DNA from: Dipteris shenzhenensis
Lineage: Eukaryota
Direction: 5' to 3' (one strand)
NCBI GenBank assembly: GCA_047967505.1
Contig: CM106538.1
Length of the DNA: 64,000 nucleotides
A program made the position numbers and the translations under genes. The notes below the pieces were generated by a model. The model did not search any database and was not told the origin of the DNA. It saw only the letters and a list, made by a program, of their open reading frames with translations. Shown piece by piece: positions 53,569-64,000 of this stretch (the first letter of the stretch is position 1; each line of letters begins with the position of its first letter).

Positions 53569-54382
53569 ATGGACTTGCAAAGCGGGCACACAACAGATGA
53601 AGAAGAGCCCATGGATACTCAGATTGATGAGCCTCCGGAAGAGCATGTCACCGAAGATCCAAAATGGCCAGACATTCTTACCTCTTTCCGCCATTTCAAA
53701 GAACTCTATGAGGTACACAAAATGCAAAATCAACTTGAGGGATACAACATCAGGCTCATCGACGCCATGCTGGTTCACAGGATCACAGATTTCATACAGG
53801 ACTCCTACCAACCATGGCGCTGGCGCTCTTCAGTACGTGACAAGAAAAAGGGAGGCTACATCAGGTCAAACAGAGAGGTTCCAACAACGGACGCAGATTG
53901 CGGTCTTCATCCACAGTGGCGGTACAAATTCCTTCGGTGCAAATCCATCTGGAGAGGATTCAACTTCCCTCATGTGAAGACAGCAAAAGAATTGGCATAT
54001 CAAATGCAGGATTGGAACCTCAAGTTTGCAACAGTGCCATCGTGGCAACCTCCCAGTTTTTCAGGCTCTTAATCCTGTTGCTTGATGATTTGCCCACTAC
54101 CATGCCATCCGAATATGAGAAACTACTTAACATTCCACAGGAACTCGTCTTCGATCCAGATGCAGGTCCAACATTCCATCAACGCATGTGGTTATATCGT
54201 CGGGTTTAGAATCTTCACGCTCATCATATTCGAACCTTTGAAGATATGAATGACACTTTGTTCTGAAAGCATCGGACACCAAATTATAAACGCCCTAGTC
54301 ACCTCCAATGCCATCCGGAACTCCTCTTGATCCAAGACTGGATCAACATCAGGAAGGGGGGCATGTTAACCTCAAAAGGTTA
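53569..54382 (+). CDS. Extra retrotransposon ORF3 of unknown function (disrupted)
   Basis: 167-aa ORF with acidic N-terminus and Trp/Arg-rich core, continuing by frameshift (LLILLLDDLPTT...MWLYRRV*...IQDWINIRKGG) up to the PPT/LTR. Confidence 0.55.
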
Positions 54383-56056
54383 ACACATATTGCAGTTTCT
54401 GTTCCGTTCACGTTCTCCTTTTTGTTCTCTTTGATGCTTTATGTAAGGTGCGGAAATGTTTCTAGTTGAGAGCTTGTGTGTAAGCCCTTTGGGCCATATG
54501 ATGTACATAAAATGTAATACATGGAAAAAGAGAGTGTGAGAGAGTGGTCTAAAAGAATAGGGTTAGCCTTCCCTTTGAAAAAGTGGATTGTATAAAAGGC
54601 CAAAAGTCAAACTTTGGTCTTCATTATCATTTGCACACTTTGGAATACATGCTCTCTTGCTCTCTTCTCTTTGCTGAGTTCATGAGCTCTTGTTACCTCT
54701 TAGTGCCCGTAGTGGATGTCACCCTCTCCCCCTTCTCTCCTTGTCTCCCATCTCCCTCCCTCTCATCTCTCTCTTCTCCCGTGCTCATGGATCTGAAGAG
54801 ACACAGGGTGATGATAGGTGGATGGAGGCTATGCAGTCGAAGTATGGCTCCATAATGAAGAACTAAGGTTTAGATGACCAAACCTCTCATGCCACAGCTT
54901 AGTGTTGCTCCCATCGGCTCGAGCATTGAAAGCTGAGAGTTCGTAGATGTTGTTGCGCCGTGTACCTTTACCAATGACCTTCCCTTGAAGATCCAAAATT
55001 TGTGCGCCATTCTTACAAAGTGATATTGAATCTCAATGTGTTTTGTGCGAGCATGGAACACAGGGTTCTTTGCAATTGCCATGCAACTCTGATTGTCACA
55101 TGACAACTACGGATCAGATTCTCGTGTGGACAAGAAGAAATGCAGATGCGCTGTGTTCTATTGTCTGCAGTGTAAGTAATTCTGTCCTGGCGTTAATTCA
55201 ACAAATAGCACCAATAGCAGACCGAAATAGGCCATCGACCACACGTTAGAACCGTGGCGCAGAATAGAGCAACTGACCTACGGTTGAGGTTCGGCCCAGA
55301 GCCATCCGGGATCATTTGGGGCTCCAAACGGGCCCCGCAACCCGAGAGTGGGCTGCCCCAAGAAATGCTCCGTCTACCCTCAGTGCGGTCAGTCCTGGGA
55401 TGCCTTTCCGCACTTGCATGTAGCCTAGTTAGCTGTGTGCCAACTCTATCTGAAGTCGTCCAGCCATCAGGCCATACATAGCCCCCATCTCGTGTCCAAA
55501 CCAGGACCTACTGGATAACCGAGCTACTTAAATGCCTTCTCCTCATATGGGGGGCTTACAAGTAGAGTTAGCTGGTTCCCGCGTAGTTACACGAGAGTGG
55601 AGCATTGATATCTAACACCCCCCCTCAATGTCCACCCGCAAGTGAACTTACTTTTTCGGCCTAATGCCAAGTCAATGAAGATGCCTCTCTAGCAAGTCTC
55701 TTCTAAGAGCCTTCGTGAAGATGTCCCCAGCATTCTCTGTAGTCGAACAGTACACCAAGTTGACCTCTCCATCCATGATGAGCTCGCATACAAAGTGATA
55801 TTGAATCTCAATGTGTTTTGTGCGAGCGTGGAACACAGGGTTTGCAATTGCCATGCAGCTCTGATACCATGTAAGAAAACAATACAATGTCTATGCCACG
55901 GTTCTAACGTGTCCCTACGCGTGATAATCCGAAGGACGTATGTGTGACACATACGATGGTTATCCTATGCATTGCTGGCTACCACGAGTTGCTTAAGGTT
56001 TCCTCGCGGCATCCCTGCAACATTTCCACGATGTGTGAGTCACCGCTGACGATACA
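54364..56056 (+). repeat. 3' LTR of the large gypsy element, interrupted at 54794-55912
   Basis: PPT AGGAAGGGGGGCA at 54351-54363; TGTTAAC...GATACA; matches the reverse complement of 38829-39398. Confidence 0.9.
54794..55912 (-). mobile_element. Copia-derived mini-element / patchwork insert
   Basis: Minus strand: PBS TGGTATCAGAGC (~55858-55869), RNaseH tail ([23 protein letters not shown]...DIFTKAL), PPT GAGGGGGG, LTR-like TGTTAG...TTACA at 55617-55171, and a second RNaseH fragment at ~55011-55106. Confidence 0.75.
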
Positions 56057-57259
56057 TGCAATTTTTATTTACTTTTTTTTTTAATTTTACATACATAAAA
56101 AATATAAATTATTTAATTATTTAATTAAAATAAAATCAATAAATAACAATAAATGAATAATAATTTTATAAGTAAATAAAAATAAATGAATAATATATAA
56201 AATAATATATTAATATTAATATGTTATTTTATCATTTATTCAAATTATTTAAATAGTTATTTACTTTTTAAAATTTATTTAGTTGTTTTTAATTTAGTAA
56301 TTATTTAATTTTTTATTTAAAATATACATAACTTATTTAAATAATAAAATGACTATTTTTGAGTTTTATATTGATTTGTTTTATATATTTGTTTACTTTT
56401 TTATGATAATTTCTTTTTACTTTTTTACTTTCTTATTTTTAACTTTTTTTCTTTAAAAAAAGTTCGAAATTTTTTTTAATACTTTTTTAAACGTTTTTTT
56501 ATAGATGTATATATATAGGGGGGATTTATTAAACCAAGGAACAAAAAGGGGATATATTTTAAACTACTGATTTCAATAATGGTAATACATGCATATATAA
56601 GGGCCAGACCAGCAATGCCCGGTGGACGGGGTGGGTGTGGGGCTCGGGAGTTGGGGTTATTAATAAGGGGGAAATTAGCAGAAATACCAAACACACACAT
56701 GCATACATATGCAATAGCCATATACCCTCACAAGTGCAGACACACACGTACACACACGTAGCACAAATACACATAGCATTCATGCATGCTCTCATGACAC
56801 ATTGCAAATGCACACACAGATTCATACATTCATTCAAATTTACACTCGTGCACACACCCCCCCCCCCTAATATACATGTATAGAGGAACAAACATACACA
56901 TATATAAATATACTTAAGAGTTTGTGTGTATATAATATCTTCATGTATATACATACATAAAATGAAGACAAACTTGCAACACAACAGCTGCTTGCACCAA
57001 CACACACATGGATGGGTATGAGGGATGTAATTAGAAGAGGGTATGTGAAATTGGCGATGTTCATGGATGACATGGGTGGAGGCAGGAGTCAAGCTAGGTG
57101 GTAATTAAAAGAGGGTATGCAAGGCTGGCAACGTGCATGATATGGCAGTCAACTGCTCAAAAATTTACAATTTCAGCACTGATTGGAATAATTAACTAGA
57201 GATGTTGCACATCACGAAAGCTACCCGAAAAAGGATTAGATCAAGGACTAGATGTTCCT

Positions 57260-58270
57260 TCATCATCTCAAACATGACCACAACAAAATTCAACACACAC
57301 ACATCTTTCTTTCGCTCTCGAGCGCTACTAGTGGTCTGGACAAGGTCGTCAACATGTAGCCATCTTGAGGAGCACCCAACTCAGGATGTTCCTTAGAGAG
57401 GCACACAATTTAGCACAACTTGCTTGTCCATCTATCTTACTGATCTATCTCCTTTAACCAGTGGCATCTAGACTCTCGTGATGTATCTTGCTGTCCATCT
57501 ACTCAAGCCCAAATTTTGCAAATACAATATTGAAGGAGAGCATGGTACAATGCCTAAATGTCCATATCCTAGTCATCTATATTGATTTGAGAGGGTCAGG
57601 TACAACAACCAGTGCCTTTCCGCATTGCCATGCCCAATCTTACATGGTACAATTGCCTCCTTTTGTTTCCTTTCTAGCTTGCCATGCCCAATCTTACTTG
57701 CACAATTTCCCCCTTTTGTTTCTTCAACATTGTCTTGCCAACCACCCTTTGTTCTTGTTATTGCAACACGTAATGACCCTTGTGGAAGTCCTCAAACACA
57801 AATATTAGGATTCCCCTTGAAGCTTTGCTCTTTGAACGCACCCCCTAGACTAAATGGTAACACTTCCCATAAGTTGTTGAATGATACATTGAAAAAGATG
57901 AGTGAGAATTGCCAGTAAAATTATCCAAGAGATCTAACGATGTCAGGCATTGAAGGCTCCCTAGCGAGACGGGGACATAAAGCTTATTGCTTGCAAGTTC
58001 CAAGATCATTAGATTGAATCGAGCTTGTGAGAGCATTGTGTTGAAAGTTGATTCTTTGATTCCATCCAATTTCCAAGTGCGATGATTCTGTGTTTCAGAA
58101 TATGCTTCGTTATATTTGGGATGCTATAGGGAAATTGTGTGCTGTAGGTATCTCTAAGGTTACGAAAGCATGAGTAATATATAAATACACACACACACAC
58201 ACACAATAGTTTGTTTGAATTAGTGCAAATTATTTTCTTCAAGCTTGAAAATTTTAAATACATTCAATCA
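57260..58270 (-). pseudogene. Degenerate LRR receptor-like kinase relic
   Basis: LRR-like LMILELASNKLYVPVSLGSLQCLTSLDLLDNFTG; juxtamembrane-like FKEQSFKGNPNIC at ~57800-57840; kinase subdomain IX-like KDV..LNFVVVMFEMM at ~57260-57310. Confidence 0.5.
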
Positions 58271-58882
58271 TAAAGCTATCTTCATTACAATGCAGGTGTT
58301 TGTACGAAATTGACCAATGGTTCAAAGAGCACATCATCAACAATCCAAAAAAGGTAACCTCTCCACTTCTAAAAGGAGTTTCAAGAGCAGAAAACATAAA
58401 CGCAAAATAGAACACTGAGCAGAAACCTGAAACTGAAAGCAGACAACAGAAAACAGACTACTTGACGAGAGAGGGGCACGCTCTCTCATATTAATTAACC
58501 GGAGAGGAAGTGTGCCACCTCTCCCCATACATTACGTATGGAATTTTCTTTTTTGGTTTTACAACTTTCTTATATTTTACACTTTTTTTATTTTACCATT
58601 TCTTTATTTTCTACTTTTTTCAAGGGGATGGGCTTCTCTGTTGTATTATGCACGTTTCAAATTGCATTCAAAATTATGAATAAAAGAATAATCCCTAACT
58701 ATGATTCTTCTCTTCCTTGCAGGCACTTGATTAACAAGAAAGAAAGTAATTCAGCACATAAAAACAAGATTTAGAGATCGTATGTAGTCATTCATACTCT
58801 TGGAAATAGTGAATTTTTGGCTCCATATGTAGTAAATACATAGCAGAGTTCGATACAACCAGCAAAAAAGGATACAACCGTC

Positions 58883-59888
58883 CAAGGGCAACCCTTCACA
58901 TATTTAAAAAAATACTACTATTTGAAACGTAGGAATATTGTATAGCTTTGTACAACCTCTTTTTTGGACATTCTATTTAAACATTTCATTTTCACGTCCT
59001 TAATAAAGATCAAGAGCTACTTCTTTTCCTACCTCTCATTAAAATAATGATGCTTGGTTCTTATTAAACAACCTATGTCTTGTGATTATGTATAATTTTA
59101 ATTTAACATCATGTATAAAAAATCCAGGATGCACTACTAGTTTTATTTTAGGAAGAAAAAGGAGGAGACGTGTTGGGGCAAAGTTTGTTGACTTCTCGAG
59201 GTTGTGTGCAGGGGCAAGCTTTCAGTTTGACGTTCCATTTTCAGGTTGCGTGCAAGGGCAAGCTTTCAGTTTGATGATTCCATTTTCAGGTTGTGTGTAG
59301 GGGCAAGCTTTCAGTGTCAAGGGCAACCCTTCCCATATTTAAAAAAATACTACTATTTGAAATGTAGGAATATTGTATAGCTTTGTACAACCTCTTTTTT
59401 GGGCATTGTATTTAAACATTTCATTTTCATGTTCTCAATAAAGATCAAGAGCTACTTCTTTTCCTACCTCTCATCAAAATAATGATGCTTGGTTCTTATT
59501 AAACAACCTATGTCTTGTGATTATGTATAATTTTAATTTAACATCATGTTTAAAAAATCCGGGATGCACTATTAGTTTTATTTTAGGAAGAAAAAGGAGG
59601 AGACATGTTGGGGCAAATTTTGTTGACTTCTTGAGGTTGCGTGCAAGGGCAAGCTTTCAGTTTGACAATTCCATTTTTAGGTTGCATGCACGAGCAAGCT
59701 TTCAGTTTGATGATTCCATTTTCAGGTTGCGTGTAGGGGCAAGCTTTTAGTCTCAAGGGCAACCCTTCCCATATTTAAAAAAATACTACTATTTGAAACG
59801 TAGGAATATTGTATAGCTTTGTACAACCTCTTTTTTGGGCATTGTATTTAAACATTTCATTTTCATGTTCTCAATAAAGATCAAGAGC
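58883..59888. repeat. ~435-bp tandem repeat (2.3 units here; third unit resumes at ~63150-63211 and ~63729-63837)
   Basis: Units start CAAGGGCAACCCTT at 58883, 59318 and 59754; internal ~43-bp subrepeat GGGCAAGCTTTCAGTTTGATGATTCCATTTTCAGGTTGCGTG. Confidence 0.92.
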
Positions 59889-62800
59889 TGGGCACTTCCA
59901 AAACAGGTGTCGGAGATCCTCTAGCACCCTGCTACATATGGGGCAGACGGGATTTATCTACACTCACTTCGCCAGCTTCAACTAGACTGGCAGCCATTGG
60001 TTCATCAACTTCCAGAGCAGGAATTTAGCCTTGCCACAGGTGCATCCTTTCCACACGCTTTGAGCCTGGCTTTCCACCACGTAGGACTACATCTTAGCCC
60101 CCATCTTATGTTTAAACCACTCGCGGGGTTGTCTTCACTAAGCAGTTGCCTATAAAGGGTTTTAGACGAGAGCTTGCTTAGCTTGGTTTTCCCTATTGTC
60201 CAAAGCTGCTCTCTTGCTACGGGGGACATAAGACTCCCAATCCGCCTTGCTTTGGTTCCAAAGATCCTTCCATCGCTGCAAGCCCTTCCTGTGAAGGCTC
60301 CGGGCTTTCTTGATGTCAATAAGAGTTTACCTTGATCTCGGTGAGTTAGCACCCACAATTTCGATGTTCTCCCTTTCTTTGTTGCTCTCCAATAAGACCT
60401 CCTCTCCATCAATTGGTATCAAAGTTTGGTTGAGTGAAGCCAATAAGGAGACTGTAGCATTGTAGTGTTGCTGTGCCAAGAGACCAAACTTGTTGCATGG
60501 AGTCTCAAACTGCCCGTGGGCTACCCCTGGGAGCTGTATTTTGACATATACTAGCTCGTTTTTATTGTTTTAACCTTATATATCAGGTTGCCTCGACTGT
60601 TCTAGCAATCTATTGCCTTGTTTGAGCGGGGGAGGGCTCCCAAGGGATGTAATGCATCTTCCTCCGACTTCCTATTTCTGCCCATAGGAAGCCTCTAAAC
60701 ATCGCTTCGATCTCAAGCCACTGGGTTTTTTTGAAATGCCAAATGGAAGCATTGTACATGGTTGAAGCCACGAGATGTTGGATGAGAAGGCATCGCATGT
60801 TCCAGCCAAGGCACACTCCATGCCATGCGTGAATCTTGGTTCTCACCTTGTCTTTGAACCATTCAAAACATTTACCTGAGGGTGACTCCGATTCCCAACG
60901 GGGCACCCAAGTATCTAACAATTTCCCAGGCTCTTGAGATGATCTAAACACCTACATACTTCAGATCAGGGGACGTCCGGATAACAAATGTTTTGGACCA
61001 ATTGCACCTTGATCTTGATGCCATGCAGAAAATATCGATTGCTTGAAGAAGGGAGGTGACAATGTCTGGGTCTTCTTGTGTGAAGGAGATTGTGTCGTCG
61101 ATGAACAGTTGGGTGCACAGCTGGCTGCCAGAGGGGAGCACAACTCCCTTGATCGCCCCCTCTAGCCCCCTAGCTTCGATCATTAAAATAAGCGGGACTA
61201 TGCACATTGTACAAAGAGAAGCGGGGCTATGCGGCACCCTTGTTGGACGGACCTTTTTAGCTCGAATCTGCCAATTGTACTGCCGTTGACATAAAGAACT
61301 GCGCCTGCATTACCTAAAAGGTTCTGCACCATTCTGGAGAAGTTATGGCCAAAGCCAAGGCACTCTAGCGTGGTTAGGATGAAGTCCCACTTGATTTTGT
61401 CGTATGCTTTCTCCAGGTCAATGCCAAACATGATCATCTTGAGATGAGGTGGTTGCATAATTTAGTGCTACTCCAAAATTCAGAATGTTTTTGTAGATGT
61501 CTCTACCTTTCATGAACCCTATTTGTTCTTTGTCGATGATGGCTGAGTAGATGTCCCTGATTCTGATGGCCAACACCTTGGCCAAAATTTTGTAAGAGGT
61601 GTTTAGCATGGTGGTGGGCCTCCAGTCGCCCACTTTCACTCTCACTTGCCGCTTTGGGAAGAGCTTCATGAGGTCGCAGTTCACGTCCTCAGAGAGCGAG
61701 CCTTTAGCTGCTGCTTCATTTGCCATGCTGGTGAGGTCCGGGCCTATCACGTCCCAGAAGGCTCTGAAAAATTCTACATTCAGTCCATCTGGCCCGGAGG
61801 CCTTCTCGTTTGCTAGAGCATTAAGTGCTTCCTCTAGCTCGTCCTCACTAAAAGGTTTGGCCAGCTGTTCTCTGTAGAAGTCTGACACTCGACCGCCCAC
61901 ATCCTTCAGGGCTTCTTTAGTGCTTTGCCACCACGCTTTGTCCTAGGTGGCTTCTTCTCCTACTACTGCACTTAGTCTTTCTTAAGGACATCTGTTATAT
62001 TCCAGAACTCTGTAACCAGCCGGCCCTCAGAGTCTTGCACCTTATTGATCCTCCCCTACATCCTATTTCTCTTGATTGATTGGAAGAAAGTTTTGGAGGG
62101 ACAGTCGCCCACCGCTAGCCATAGTTGCCTACTCTTTAGGCAGATTGTTTCTGATTCTAGTACCTCCTTATCATGGAGTGCCACATCTGCTTCGACCAGT
62201 AGGGTGTTGAGGATGCGATCCTTGGGGGCTTCACAATTCGCTACACGAAGTGTAGCTCTAGCTGCCCCGAGGCCGGTGAATCTATCTTTCATGGCGGCTT
62301 TGGCGACTCTGTCTTCATCTTTCGCTAGAGCCATAACTCTATGAATCACAGAGTCCCATCTCTGTGTTAAGTCCGTGGCCCCCTCCGCCACCTCCAGCCA
62401 TGCCCTCTTGACCTTCCTGTAGAAGACTTTTTAGGATAGAGGCTTGGAATTAAATGTGAACGGGATGTCGTGCGACCTGCCAATGGGATCGAGAACCTCT
62501 AATAGATTGGGGTGTGATCTGAAATGGCCGTGGTGTAGATATAGCCACCCTGCATGGGACTTCTCAGCCACCACCCCTCCTCAAAGGCGTAGAACCGGTT
62601 GAGTCTTCCAACCCTGTAATCGTCACCTTTTCTGTAATTATCCATGTGAACTCTTGCCGCCCCTCCTGTAGGACGTCTTGGGCATCCACCAAGCCCCCTT
62701 TACAACATAGATCCTCCCAGGCTTCCCACTCGTTTGTTGGAGATCACTGTGCCTTCATGCGATCTATCTTCCCCACTCTCTGTGAAGTTCCGGTCGCACC

Positions 62801-63100
62801 TGAGGATCCAATGTTCACCCTCCAGAGCATCTCCTAATGAGGACCAACATTCCGTTCTTTCCAGCCTTGAATTGGGGGCATACAGACTAACTACGTTGAA
62901 GGAGAACCCATTAGTCAAAACCTCATCATGTAGGAACCAACCCTTAGGGGATCTACACACCTCCTTGGATTTCATGTGTTTCCGGAGTAACATTTCCACT
63001 CCCCCCTTCCCCCTTACTGGCGAGTTCACAAGGGCACTATACCTGAGTTGATCATAGGAGAACCAGAAAGAGTCCTCACACCCACACTTAATTTCCTACA
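59889..63100 (-). mobile_element. Decayed L1-type LINE ORF2 (AP endonuclease plus RT)
   Basis: KGGVEML, VVSLYAPN, WILRCDRN and SDH-like endonuclease motifs; GDCPSKTFF; KASGPDGLNVEFF, WRPTTMLNTSYKILAK, DLEKAYD, VQQGC, LFIDDT. 3' end truncated, no TSD seen. Confidence 0.92.
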
Positions 63101-63356
63101 GCATAACTATACTAGCATAACTATACTCGGGTTGGCTCTGTAATTTTATATGTGATCATGTATAATTTTAATGAACATCATGTATAAAAAATCCAGGATG
63201 CACTACTAGTTGGCCCTGCAAAGGGTCTTAGGGTAGTGTCGGTTTTTTGGGTTGGGTTAGTAAAAGTGGGGTTTTGTGAGTAGTCGGTCAAGTTGACTGG
63301 GTTAGTGCGGACTAGGGTTAGGTCTTAGGTTAATCATGTAGTTAGGGATGTTTTCC

Positions 63357-63525
63357 AAATAGGAACTAATCCAGATCTTACTAAATATGTTTGACCCAAA
63401 TAGGAACTAGCCCAGATCTTACTAAATTTGTTTTAGCAACTTCCTAAATTTGTTAGACCCAAATAGGAATGTTTGACCCAAATAGAAACTAACCCAAATC
63501 TTACTAAATTTGTTTTCGCAACTTC
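63357..63525. repeat. ~41-bp minisatellite
   Basis: AAATAGGAACTA.CCCAGATCTTACTAAAT.TGTTT repeated 3-4 times. Confidence 0.75.
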
Positions 63526-64000
63526 CTTTATTGGAAGTACTTAGTAGCTACCCCCTTAGCCTTGCACAACAAGCCGTAGAGGGGTTTATGGCATTATTAC
63601 AGAACATATGCTTCTTATATAAAGGCAACGAAAGCTCACAGACGAATGAGCGGTAAGAGCAACACTAGTAGATGGTGAGTGATGAAGGTGAAGGTTCCAA
63701 GGAGGGCGAGAGTTGCATCGCCACCTTGTTTTATTTTAGGAAGAAAAAGGAGGAGAGGGCAAAGTTTGTCGACGTGTCGAGGTTGTGTGCAGGGGCAAGC
63801 TTTCAGTTTGACGATTCCATTTCAGGTTGCGTGCAAGTGGTTTCAATCGCAGTAGTAATAGTATATAAGTTATGAATCTGCTTCAAAAATCAATCTCGGT
63901 CCTATGCATTTGTGATCCCCTGAGGGAATTCAGAGAGAACGGAGCAATCAAGCCACTTACGATCAGCTGCTGTGAGGTGGCTGCGAGCAGCTTATAATAC

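Overview
Repeat-dense eukaryotic (land-plant) DNA made almost entirely of nested, decayed transposable elements. I see no intact host gene; a fern-like or other non-seed-plant origin is only a guess. In order: (1) a chromodomain-bearing Ty3/gypsy element interrupted by a 5'-truncated LINE with a 13-bp TSD, which itself carries a solo-LTR-like insert; (2) a Ty1/copia element (~10.2-18.4 kb) interrupted by a Tat/Athila-like LTR+gag piece; (3) a retroposed 5S rRNA copy with A-rich tail and 14-bp TSD; (4) microsatellites and decayed LTR remnants; (5) a large non-chromovirus Ty3/gypsy element whose 5' half (LTR, PBS, gag; minus strand) appears inverted relative to its 3' half (pol, extra ORFs, PPT, LTR; plus strand), with a hAT relic and a MITE in between; (6) an LRR-kinase pseudogene relic and a 435-bp tandem repeat interrupted by a second LINE. 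The large gypsy element is the most interesting part. It has an aspartic-protease domain downstream of integrase, a ~2.1-kb array of ~44-bp palindromes phased at 158-159 bp with diverged spacers, the same half-site as an 18-bp tandem array in its 5' UTR, and two extra ORFs right after the array. This suggests (inference only) an element-encoded protein plus cognate binding-site system.
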